Shown: piece after piece, positions 56,085 to 64,000 of the stretch | Position numbering within the stretch: position 1 is the stretch's first letter | Layout of the letters: each line of letters opens with the position of its first letter | Source: Betaproteobacteria bacterium | Lineage (GTDB): Bacteria; Pseudomonadota; Gammaproteobacteria; Burkholderiales; JAHFQX01 | Reading direction: 5' to 3' | NCBI GenBank assembly: GCA_023259135.1 | Contig: JAHFQX010000011.1 | Coordinates: 54 to 64,053 of the forward strand | Length of the DNA: 64,000 nt | Made by a program: the position numbers and the translations under genes | Notes under the pieces: model-generated | Told to the model about the DNA's origin: nothing | Databases searched by the model: none | Seen by the model: only the letters and a program-made list of their open reading frames with translations

Positions 56085-56101
56085 GCCGATCCCCGTGGGA
56101 G

Positions 56102-56491
56102 CTATAACAAATTTTGCCCTTCGCGGCCGATCCAGCCGGCCAAGGCATCCAAGATTTCCGGGATTTCGCCCACCGCCGACGTCACCCGGAATGTGACCGC
56201 CGGGTGGCGTTGCCCAAGTTCCGCCAAGAGCCGGGGCAAGTCTTGCTTGATGTGCCCGCCCTGGGCCATGAACAGCGGCACCACCAATACCGTGGCCACG
56301 CCCTGGGCGACGAGGCGTTCCGCGGCCTGGTCCAGGGTGGGGGCCATCCATTCCAGGAAGGCCAACTCCACGGGCCACGTCGGGCCGGCGGCCAGCAGGC
56401 GCCGCTGAATTTCCTTGAAAGGCGTGGCCCATCCCGGGTCCCGGGCGCCATGGGCGAACAGCAGCAGGCCCAGCCGGGGCGTGTCGGGCAT
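56102..56491 (-). CDS. cbiX: CbiX-type (small) sirohydrochlorin chelatase
   Basis: 129 aa: GLLLFAHGARDPGW...VVPLFMAQGGHIKQDLP. Confidence 0.8.
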   Translation of the reverse strand: MPDTPRLGLLLFAHGARDPGWATPFKEIQRRLLAAGPTWPVELAFLEWMAPTLDQAAERLVAQGVATVLVVPLFMAQGGHIKQDLPRLLAELGQRHPAVTFRVTSAVGEIPEILDALAGWIGREGQNLL

Positions 56492-56495
56492 GGGC

Positions 56496-56957
56496 TCAGC
56501 TCCGCCCGGTGCTGCCGAAGCCGCCGGCGCCCCGGGCGCTTTCGCGAAATTCGTCCACCAGCGAAAAACCCACCTGCACCACCGGCACCACCATCAATTG
56601 GGCGATGCGCTCCAGCGGCTGCAACACGAAGGGGGATGTCCCCCGGTTCCACAGGGAGACAAAAATCTGTCCTTGGTAATCCGAATCGATGAGCCCCACC
56701 AAGTTTCCCAGCACGATGCCGTGGCGGTGCCCCAGTCCGGAGCGAGGCAGCACCATGGCGGCCAGCCCGGGGTCTCGCAGGTGCACCGCCAAGCCGGCGG
56801 GAATCAACTCCGCCTGGCCGGGAGCCAAGGTCAAGCTGGCCTCGATGCAGGCCCGCAAATCCAGCCCCGCGGAACCGGGGGTGGCGTAGGCGGGCAATTG
56901 ATCCTTGAGGCGCGGGTCCAGGATCTTGACCTCCACGGAGCGCTGCGACAGGGTCAC
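56496..56957 (-). CDS. dut: dUTP diphosphatase
   Basis: The GTG at 56955-56957 overlaps the coaBC stop (GTGA) and gives 153 aa: [10 protein letters not shown]....[15 protein letters not shown]...[25 protein letters not shown]...[10 protein letters not shown]. Confidence 0.93.
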   Translation of the reverse strand: MTLSQRSVEVKILDPRLKDQLPAYATPGSAGLDLRACIEASLTLAPGQAELIPAGLAVHLRDPGLAAMVLPRSGLGHRHGIVLGNLVGLIDSDYQGQIFVSLWNRGTSPFVLQPLERIAQLMVVPVVQVGFSLVDEFRESARGAGGFGSTGRS

Positions 56958-58165
56958 GACTTTCCTTTCCGTTGCATGCGAGTCGAATACAGTTGCGCCG
57001 CGTGGACCAGCAATCGGCGGGCCTGTTCTGTTTTCGGCGCCTTGGGCAACACACGGCTGCCGCCGTCGTCCAGCAGGATCAATTCGCTCTCCTCGGCCCC
57101 CACCGCATGCTGCACCAGATTGGCGGCCAGCAGCGGCAGCTTCTTGCGGCGCCGCTTGGCCTCGGCGAATTCCAGCAGGTTCTCGCTTTCCGCCGCGAAG
57201 CCGACGCAGAAGGGCGGGTTCGGCAAGCCGGCCACCTCCGCCAGGATGTCCGGGTTGGGGATCAATTCCAGGTTCAGGTTTTGGTCGGTTTTCTTGATCT
57301 TCTGCTCCCGGGCCTGGGCGACGCCGTAGTCGGACACCGCCGCGACGCCGATGAACATATCGCATTGCCCGATCCGCTGCATGACGGCGTCGAGCATCTC
57401 CCGGGCGCTGACCACGTCCACCCGGGTCACTCCCGACGGCGTCGGCTGGGCCACCGGCCCGGCCACCATGGTGACCTCGGCTCCCGCCTCCTGGGCGGCC
57501 CGCGCCACGGCGAAGCCCATTTTTCCGGAGCTGCGGTTGGTGACTCCCCGCACCGCGTCGATGGCTTCGAAAGTGGGGCCGGCGGTCACCAGCACCCGTA
57601 CGCCTTGCAGCGGCTTGGGCCGCAAAAAAGCGGCTACCGCGCCAGCCAACTCTTCCGGTTCCAGCATCCGCCCGAACCCCGTTTCGCCGCAGGCTTGGTC
57701 GCCGCTGTCGGGCCCCAGGATTTGCACGCTGTCTTGCCGCAGCAGCGCGATATTGCGCTGGGTGGCGGGATGTTCCCACATCTGCCGGTTCATCGCCGGA
57801 GCCACCAGCAGCGGGCAATCCCGAGCCAGGCACAGGGTGGAGAGCAAATCGTCGGCCAGGCCATGGGCCAGCTTGGCCAGAAAATCGGCGCTGGCGGGGG
57901 CCACCAGCAGCGCATCCTTGTCTCGCGACAGCTCGATGTGAGCCATGGCGTTGCCCGCACGGGCGTCCCACATGTCGGTCCACACCGGGTGGCCCGACAA
58001 GGCCTGAAACGTGGCGGGAGTGACAAAACCGCAGGCGGCGGCGGTCATCGCCACCTCGACATGAAACTGCTCCTTCAGCAGCAAGCGCACCAGTTCGGCC
58101 GCTTTGTATGCCGCGATCCCGCCGGTCACTCCCAGCAACAGCCGCCGGCCTGTCGATTCGACCAT
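56954..58165 (-). CDS. coaBC: Bifunctional phosphopantothenoylcysteine decarboxylase/synthetase CoaBC (Dfp)
   Basis: 403 aa: [21 protein letters not shown]...PAMN..MW......N...L...VTAGPT.E.ID.VR...N.SSGKMG. Confidence 0.95.
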   Translation of the reverse strand: MVESTGRRLLLGVTGGIAAYKAAELVRLLLKEQFHVEVAMTAAACGFVTPATFQALSGHPVWTDMWDARAGNAMAHIELSRDKDALLVAPASADFLAKLAHGLADDLLSTLCLARDCPLLVAPAMNRQMWEHPATQRNIALLRQDSVQILGPDSGDQACGETGFGRMLEPEELAGAVAAFLRPKPLQGVRVLVTAGPTFEAIDAVRGVTNRSSGKMGFAVARAAQEAGAEVTMVAGPVAQPTPSGVTRVDVVSAREMLDAVMQRIGQCDMFIGVAAVSDYGVAQAREQKIKKTDQNLNLELIPNPDILAEVAGLPNPPFCVGFAAESENLLEFAEAKRRRKKLPLLAANLVQHAVGAEESELILLDDGGSRVLPKAPKTEQARRLLVHAAQLYSTRMQRKGKS

Positions 58166-58218
58166 GGCGCGATCATCCCTTCAGTAGAAAAAAGCCTTGA
58201 AAGTTTAATACAGCCGAT

Positions 58219-59322
58219 TCAAGCCGGATACACCGCTCCCAGAATACGCTCCCCGGCGGCGCCGGTCACATCCGGCAGGTTCCCCGGCAGGCCGGATCGG
58301 GTGCGCCAAGCGAGCCAGGCGAAGGCCATAGCCTCCACGAAATCGGCATCCATCCCAAAAGCGTCGGTGGCATCCACCCGGCAGCCGGCCAAGGATTCCC
58401 GCAGTCTCGCCACCAGCACCGGGTTGCGGGCTCCGCCTCCGCACAGCAGCAGTTCTCGGCTCTCGGCGCAATGCCGCTTGATCGCCTCGGCTATGCCCCG
58501 CACCGTCAGGGCCGCCAAAGTCGCTTGAACGTCCTGGGGAGAGGGGTTGCCGGTCATGCAGGCTTCGACCCAAGACAAGGGGAAATTTTCCCGGCCCGCG
58601 CTCTTGGGCGGCGGCAAGGGAAAAAATTCGTGTTCCAAAAGTCGGTCCAGGGTATCGGGATCGACCCGTCCCCCGGCGGCCCAGGCGCCATTCTCATCCA
58701 TGGGCCGGCCCAGATGGCGGGCGGCCCAGGCATCCAACAGCAGGTTGCCGGGCCCGCAATCGAAACCGGTTACCGGACCGCGGGCCGGAATATGAGTCAG
58801 GTTGGCGATGCCGCCGATATTTACCACCACCCGATCGAGCCGAGGATTATGGAACACGGCGCGATGAAAGGCTGGGACCAAGGGGGCGCCTTGGCCGCCG
58901 GCCGCCACATCGCGGCTGCGAAAGTCTCCCACCACCGTGATGCCGCTCAGTTCCGCCAGCAGGGCCAAATTGCCGAGCTGCAAGGTGTAGCCTCGCTCAG
59001 GGCGGTGGCGGACGGTTTGGCCGTGGCAGCCAATGGCGGCCACCCTTTCCGCCGAGATCCCGGCTTGGGTCAGGAGTTTTTGGACCGCGGCGGCGTATTG
59101 TTTCGCCAGCCGGTTGGCGCAATGGGCGGCGCGATGCAGTTCGTCCGGCCCGGCGGACGACAGATTCAGGCATTCCGCCCGCAGTTCCGGCGGATAGGGG
59201 AGATAGCAGGATTGCAGCAATTCCGGCCGGCGCCGGCCGAAGCGGGCCAGCACCGCGTCCACCCCGTCCAGGCTGGTGCCGGACATGAGGCCCACATAGT
59301 ATCGGAGGGAGGATACGGCCAT
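58219..59322 (-). CDS. anmK: Anhydro-N-acetylmuramic acid kinase
   Basis: 367 aa: YYVGLMSGTSLDGVDAVL...IGCHGQTV.H.....YT.QLG......GI.VV.DFR..D.AAGGQGAPL. Confidence 0.93.
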   Translation of the reverse strand: MAVSSLRYYVGLMSGTSLDGVDAVLARFGRRRPELLQSCYLPYPPELRAECLNLSSAGPDELHRAAHCANRLAKQYAAAVQKLLTQAGISAERVAAIGCHGQTVRHRPERGYTLQLGNLALLAELSGITVVGDFRSRDVAAGGQGAPLVPAFHRAVFHNPRLDRVVVNIGGIANLTHIPARGPVTGFDCGPGNLLLDAWAARHLGRPMDENGAWAAGGRVDPDTLDRLLEHEFFPLPPPKSAGRENFPLSWVEACMTGNPSPQDVQATLAALTVRGIAEAIKRHCAESRELLLCGGGARNPVLVARLRESLAGCRVDATDAFGMDADFVEAMAFAWLAWRTRSGLPGNLPDVTGAAGERILGAVYPA

Positions 59323-59354
59323 ATTTGGACGCCGTAAGGATGGCGTCCGGGAGC

Positions 59355-60671
59355 TTATTCCAACAGGGCCAGGTTGGTGGCGCTTTTGAGCAGCGTCAAA
59401 CGGTGCGCCATGGGTTGGGCCAGTTGCTCGAAGGCCGCCCGGTTGCGGGCATTGATGGAAGCAGCTTGGGGCATGGCCACCCGCTGAGGATCCAAATGCA
59501 CGTCGTTGACCCGAAATTCGTAATGCAAGTGGGGCCCGGTGGCCAGACCGCTCATTCCCACATATCCCACCGTTTCCCCTTGCCCGATTCGCTGGCCGGT
59601 CCGCAAGCCCCTGGCAAAGCCGGACAGGTGACCGTAGAGGGTGCTGGTGTTGTTGGGATGGCGCAGCACGACTACGTTGCCGTAGCCTCCTTGGCGGCCG
59701 GCGAAGGCCACGGCGCCGTCGGCGGTGGCCCGCACTCGGGTACCCGTCGGAGCGGCGTAATCCACTCCCTTATGGGCCCGCCAGGTTTGCAGCACGGGAT
59801 GAAACCGGGCGGAACTGAAGCCGGAGCTGATCCGGGTGAACTCCAGCGGGGAGCGCAGGAAAGCCTTGCGCAGGCTCTTGCCTTCCGGGGTGTAGTAACC
59901 CTCGCCTTGCCCGTCCCGGAAATAAATGGCCTGATAGACGCGGCCCTGATTGACGAATTCCGCCGCCAGCACCCGTCCCGCGCCCAACGGCTGGCCTTCG
60001 GCGAAAGTCGCTTCGTAAACTACGGAGAAGCGGTCGCCGCGCCGCAGGTCCTTATGGAAATCGACGTCGCTGGAGAAAATCTCGGCCAGCTGCTGGGCCA
60101 CGCTATCCGGCACCCCGGCCTTGTCGGTGGCGGCGAACAGGGAGCTTTCGATGACGCCGGATTTCATGGATGTCCGCCCTTCGGTGCGGGCCGATTGTTC
60201 CCGCAGGCGGTAGCGGCCTTCTTCCCGTTGCACCGCGAAGACTTGTCCGTTGCCCAGAGGAAGAGCCAGGGAAAGCAGTTCGCCTGCGCCGCTGATTTCC
60301 GCTCGGACGGTGCGGCCCGGCACCAATTGGCGCAAGGCGGCGCGGCCCGATTGGCGCAGAAACGCGGCGCCGGCCGGGTCTTCCGCGCCAAGTCGGCTGA
60401 GCAAAATATCCAGGGTATCGCCCCGCCGGATGCGTTCTTCCCGAGCGTAGCGATCTTGTCCCGGATCCAGGAGTTCGGGGGCGGGCAAGGTGATTTCCTC
60501 GACCACGCGTTGCAGGTCCGGCGGCTCCGTGGCCGAAGGGGGAGCGACGCCGAAGGCGGTCAACACGCCGAGAAAGGGGATTGCCGCCAATCCCGCTACC
60601 CAGCGTACCGTATGGAGCCGGGTTCGTTGTGGGGAGTTTTCGGGTAAAATCGCGATATTATTTTGTTCCAT
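59355..60671 (-). CDS. M23-family murein DD-endopeptidase (MepM/YebA-like architecture)
   Basis: The internal ATG at 60669-60671 gives 438 aa. TM anchor, then the M23 core [20 protein letters not shown]...GYGN.VVL.H.....T.YGHLS......[22 protein letters not shown]. The rest of the 970-aa ORF is antisense to tyrS. Confidence 0.9.
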   Translation of the reverse strand: MEQNNIAILPENSPQRTRLHTVRWVAGLAAIPFLGVLTAFGVAPPSATEPPDLQRVVEEITLPAPELLDPGQDRYAREERIRRGDTLDILLSRLGAEDPAGAAFLRQSGRAALRQLVPGRTVRAEISGAGELLSLALPLGNGQVFAVQREEGRYRLREQSARTEGRTSMKSGVIESSLFAATDKAGVPDSVAQQLAEIFSSDVDFHKDLRRGDRFSVVYEATFAEGQPLGAGRVLAAEFVNQGRVYQAIYFRDGQGEGYYTPEGKSLRKAFLRSPLEFTRISSGFSSARFHPVLQTWRAHKGVDYAAPTGTRVRATADGAVAFAGRQGGYGNVVVLRHPNNTSTLYGHLSGFARGLRTGQRIGQGETVGYVGMSGLATGPHLHYEFRVNDVHLDPQRVAMPQAASINARNRAAFEQLAQPMAHRLTLLKSATNLALLE

Positions 60672-60776
60672 CGGTCTTTTTGGGATTTTCGGCCGCGCAA
60701 GGATAACCAAACTTGCGGCGAAAGGCAAAACCGAACCGTCCGATTTTCGACCCCCCTTCTGGCAGCGACATCGTTC

Positions 60777-62003
60777 ATGACCCCCGTTTTCCCCGTTTCG
60801 GAAGCCCTGGAACTCACCAAGCATGGCTGCCATGAATTGCTGGTGGAAGAGGAATTCGTCGAAAAACTGCGGGAGGGGCGTCCGCTGCGCATCAAAGCCG
60901 GCTTCGATCCCACGGCTCCCGACCTGCATCTCGGGCACACGGTGCTGCTCAACAAGATGCGTCAGTTGCAGGATTTGGGGCACCGCGCCTATTTCCTGAT
61001 CGGCGATTTCACCGGAATGATCGGCGACCCCAGCGGCAAGAACGCCACCCGCCCGTCCCTTACCCGGGAACAGGTGGCCCAGAACGCCGATAGCTATGCC
61101 AGCCAGGTGTTCAAAATCCTCAAGCCCGAGCAAACTGAGATCGTCTTCAACTCTAAATGGCTGGATCCCTTGGGCGCCGTCGATCTGATCCGGCTGGCCG
61201 CCACCCACACCGTGGCCCGGATGCTGGAACGGGATGATTTCGGCAAGCGTTACCAAAGCCGGCAACCCATCGCCATCCACGAATTCCTCTATCCTTTGCT
61301 GCAAGGCTACGATTCGGTGGCATTGAAGGCCGACTTGGAGCTGGGCGGCACCGACCAGAAATTCAATCTGCTGATGGGCCGGGAACTGCAAAAGCATTTC
61401 GGCCAGCCGCCCCAGTGCGTCCTGACCATGCCGCTCTTGGAAGGGCTGGACGGGGTGAACAAGATGTCCAAGTCGCTGGGCAACACCGTGGGCATCGCCG
61501 AAACTCCGGAGGAGATCTTCGGCAAGCTCATGTCCGTCTCCGACGAACTCATGTGGCGTTACCTGACTTTGCTGTCGGCACAGCCCCCGGCGGTGTTGCG
61601 GGCTTGGCGGCGCGAGGTGGAAGAAGAAGGCCGCAATCCCCGGGACATCAAGGTTCGGCTGGCCCAGGAAATGGTTGCCCGCTTTCATAATCGTCTCGAG
61701 GCTGAACGAGCCCTGGCCGATTTCGAGGCCCGCTTCAAGCAGGGCGCCCTGCCCGAAGACCTCCCCGAAGTGCGCCTGGCAACCGGCGCGGCTTCTGTCC
61801 CGTTGGTCCGGGTGCTGAAACAGGCCGGGCTGACCTCCAGCACGTCGGAAGCCTTGCGGCTCATCGGCCAAGGCGGAGTGAAAGTGGACGGAGCCAAGAT
61901 CACCGACAAATCCCTGACCCTGCCTGCCGGAACCGTGGCCGTGGTGCAAGTGGGCAAACGCAAGTTCGCCCGCATTGTTCTGGCGGAAGCCGCCCCGGAC
62001 TAG
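60777..62003 (+). CDS. tyrS: Tyrosine--tRNA ligase (TyrS type 2)
   Basis: ATG at 60777; 408 aa. HIGH motif [13 protein letters not shown] present, C-terminal S4-like domain. Confidence 0.95.
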   Translation: MTPVFPVSEALELTKHGCHELLVEEEFVEKLREGRPLRIKAGFDPTAPDLHLGHTVLLNKMRQLQDLGHRAYFLIGDFTGMIGDPSGKNATRPSLTREQVAQNADSYASQVFKILKPEQTEIVFNSKWLDPLGAVDLIRLAATHTVARMLERDDFGKRYQSRQPIAIHEFLYPLLQGYDSVALKADLELGGTDQKFNLLMGRELQKHFGQPPQCVLTMPLLEGLDGVNKMSKSLGNTVGIAETPEEIFGKLMSVSDELMWRYLTLLSAQPPAVLRAWRREVEEEGRNPRDIKVRLAQEMVARFHNRLEAERALADFEARFKQGALPEDLPEVRLATGAASVPLVRVLKQAGLTSSTSEALRLIGQGGVKVDGAKITDKSLTLPAGTVAVVQVGKRKFARIVLAEAAPD

Positions 62004-62057
62004 CCGTCCAGTCGTGAGCGCCGATCCCGCCGCGGCGCTGGCTGCGGGAATTTTCCC

Positions 62058-63344
62058 TTGAAACAGCCCGCCTCCGAAGCTGTCCGGCTGTTGCGGCTTA
62101 TCTTCGGGCGCTTTCGGGAAGACCGCTGTTTCCAGGTGGCCGGGGGCTTGACCTTCACCACGTTGCTGGCTCTGGTCCCCTTGGTCACCATTGCCTTGAC
62201 CGTGATCTCCGCCTTCCCGGTTTTTTCCGGCCTGACCAGCCAGTTGAAGGTTTTTCTGCTTACCCACCTGGTTCCCGAATCAGCCGGCAAGATTATTTCC
62301 GTCTACGTGACCCAGTTTTCCGAAAATGCCGGCCGGCTCACGGCCATGGGCGCGGTGAGCCTGGCCGTCACCGCCGTGCTGCTGTTGTTCAGCATCGAGC
62401 GGGCTTTCAACGGGATTTGGCGGGTGCGCCGCCCCAGGCCCTGGACCCGCCGCGTCTTGATCTACTGGACCGCCCTGACCCTCGGTCCCCTATTGCTGGG
62501 AGCCAGCCTGTCTTTAACCTCCTGGCTGTTGGGCCCCTCGCTGGGGTTCGGGGCCCAGAAAATCGGGCTCGGCATGACTTCCCTGCGGCTGGGTCCTTGG
62601 ATTTTGACTTCCCTGGCTTTCGGGCTGCTCTACTATCTGCTGCCCAACCGGCCGCTGGCGCGACGGGACGCCGTCATCGGCGGGATAGTGGCCGGTATCG
62701 GCTTCGAGCTCATGAAGCGCGGCTTGACTTGGTACTTGGCGCATTTCGGCAGCTATAAGCTGGTCTATGGCACTTTCGCTGCGGTGCCGGTATTTCTGCT
62801 CTGGCTCTATCTGTGCTGGCTGGTGCTGCTGGCGGGAGCCGTGGTGGTGGCGGTGCTGCCGGATTGGCGGGACGGCGTGCGGCCCCGCCCGTTGCTGCCG
62901 GGAATGGCTTTCGTGGATGCGCTGGCCGTTCTGGTTGCCCTGGCCCAAGCCCATGACCGGGGCGTTCCCCAGCACATCGCCGGGCTGCGGCGCGAATTGG
63001 GGCTGGGGGCGGATGCGGCCGAGGAAATTCTGGAATCCCTTGCCGCCGCCGGCTGGGTGGCGCCGTTGCAGGAAACGGGGAGCTGGGCGCTGACCAAGGA
63101 CCCGGCCCACATTCCGCTGGCGGAGCTTTATCGCCGCTCGGTCTTCGATCCCGTGCGGCTCAAGGCCGTGCCGGGGAGGGATAAATTGGAGCCGTTGTTG
63201 TTGGCGCTGCAAGCCGAAAGCTCGGCCGCTCTGGGCATGACCGTGGCGGAATGTGCCGAACTTATTCCCGGCGCGGAGCCGTCCCGCCTCGTTCCACCAT
63301 CTGTAGCGCATTCCCGCCGGGAGCCGGGTATTTCCACTCATTGA
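62058..63344 (+). CDS. yihY: YihY/BrkB-family inner membrane protein with C-terminal winged-helix-like extension
   Basis: 428 aa from a TTG start: FQVAGGLTFTTLLALVPL...FSIERAFN.IW.V...R.W, multiple TM segments. Confidence 0.85.
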   Translation: MKQPASEAVRLLRLIFGRFREDRCFQVAGGLTFTTLLALVPLVTIALTVISAFPVFSGLTSQLKVFLLTHLVPESAGKIISVYVTQFSENAGRLTAMGAVSLAVTAVLLLFSIERAFNGIWRVRRPRPWTRRVLIYWTALTLGPLLLGASLSLTSWLLGPSLGFGAQKIGLGMTSLRLGPWILTSLAFGLLYYLLPNRPLARRDAVIGGIVAGIGFELMKRGLTWYLAHFGSYKLVYGTFAAVPVFLLWLYLCWLVLLAGAVVVAVLPDWRDGVRPRPLLPGMAFVDALAVLVALAQAHDRGVPQHIAGLRRELGLGADAAEEILESLAAAGWVAPLQETGSWALTKDPAHIPLAELYRRSVFDPVRLKAVPGRDKLEPLLLALQAESSAALGMTVAECAELIPGAEPSRLVPPSVAHSRREPGISTH

Positions 63345-63903
63345 GCCAAGCCCGCACCACCAGGTTGGGATACTGGGGTTGGCCCAGGCTGCCGTTGTAG
63401 CGCCCCAGGGCGCGAAAGTAATCTCCCTGCTCTATGTCCAGATAGTGGCGCAGGATGGTGCAGCCGTAGCGCAGGTTGGTGCGCAGGTGGAAAAGGTTAT
63501 GTTCCTGGGTGCCGATGAGCTTGCTCCAAAATGGCATGACCTGCATGTAACCCCGCGCCCCGGCGCTGGACACGGCGTATTTGTTGAAGCGGCTTTCCAC
63601 CTGGATCAGTCCTAGCACCAACTGGGAATCGAGCCCGGCCCGGCTGGCTTCGTATTGGACGCTGACCAAAAAATCCTCGCGGATTTTCGCATCCGGAATA
63701 AAGCGGGCCATGCGCTTGGACATGGCGGCCAGCCAGCTTCGGCCCTCCTCCTGGGTGGCGAAAGTCAGCCGGGGAGCGGCTTGGTCGGCCACCGTCTTTT
63801 GCAAGGCGGCTCGCACGCTGGCCGACAGCGGCTCGTACAGTTGGGCACCGGCCAGAGCCCCGGCGGATGCCAGCAGCAGGGAGAGCGTGGCGAGGATTCT
63901 CAT
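63262..63903 (-). CDS. SLT-domain lytic murein transglycosylase
   Basis: 213 aa with a signal peptide and catalytic region LGLIQVESRFNKYAVSSAGARGYMQVMP. Its 3' end overlaps yihY convergently by 83 nt. Confidence 0.85.
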   Translation of the reverse strand: MRILATLSLLLASAGALAGAQLYEPLSASVRAALQKTVADQAAPRLTFATQEEGRSWLAAMSKRMARFIPDAKIREDFLVSVQYEASRAGLDSQLVLGLIQVESRFNKYAVSSAGARGYMQVMPFWSKLIGTQEHNLFHLRTNLRYGCTILRHYLDIEQGDYFRALGRYNGSLGQPQYPNLVVRAWLNEWKYPAPGGNALQMVERGGTAPRRE

Positions 63904-64000
63904 CGCCGCTAAAGGGCCGTTAGCGGGTGGGTTTGCAAAAAATCCGCCACCCGATCCAGGGACAATGAGGTGGATTCCCGCTCCCGCCGCCCCTGGTATT

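Noticed and set aside
59355-62267. 970-aa minus-strand ORF
   Set aside because: Only the last 438 aa form the M23 peptidase. The upstream part is antisense to tyrS.
63904-64000. Possible 3' end of another minus-strand gene at the window edge
   Set aside because: Only about 30 codons are visible and I cannot recognise them.

Overview
High-GC proteobacterial chromosome segment. The gene order and content look betaproteobacterial; this is inferred from motifs and synteny read by eye, with no database search. Most genes lie on the minus strand, tightly packed, with many ATGA/GTGA start-stop overlaps.

Core blocks:
- 1-26.2 kb: degP tail, tatCBA, a HIT gene, the full his operon (hisE-I-F-A-H-B-C-D-G), murA, a bolA-like gene, an ABC-2 exporter pair, mlaBCDEF, ubiX, rapZ, hprK, hpf, rpoN, lptBAC, kdsCD, an MFS transporter and aroC.
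- 37.1-64 kb: murJ, a dynamin-like GTPase, yggU, yggT, a tonB-family gene, proC, yggS, pilT, pilU, a minor-pilin operon (pilE, fimT/U-like, pilV, pilW, pilX and a 1516-aa pilY1), a ThiO-like oxidase, a Cys-less Fur/Irr-like regulator, a TusA-like gene, cbiX, dut, coaBC, anmK, an M23 peptidase, tyrS, yihY and an SLT transglycosylase.

Between aroC and murJ (about 26.3-37.07 kb) sits a visibly AT-richer accessory island with no integrase or tRNA. It contains:
- a NYN+LOTUS protein;
- a ParE-like toxin-antitoxin pair, a hicB-hicA pair, and a RelE/HigB-type toxin killed by an in-frame TGA next to an intact XRE antitoxin;
- a HEPN (AbiU2-like) candidate;
- a RAYT-type Y1 transposase with its own REP family, including a REPIN doublet;
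- several gene remnants;
- a Sec-signal RHS/YD-repeat toxin gene split by a second Y1-transposase element. Its C-terminal toxin looks like a LAS/M15 zinc peptidoglycan peptidase and is followed by a signal-peptide immunity candidate.

Other points worth a second look:
- a 2 x 303-bp in-frame tandem repeat inside pilY1;
- an orphan intrinsic-terminator-like hairpin upstream of the tonB-family gene;
- the dynamin-like gene translationally coupled to yggU.

The many long ORFs antisense or out of frame to these genes are GC-driven artefacts.
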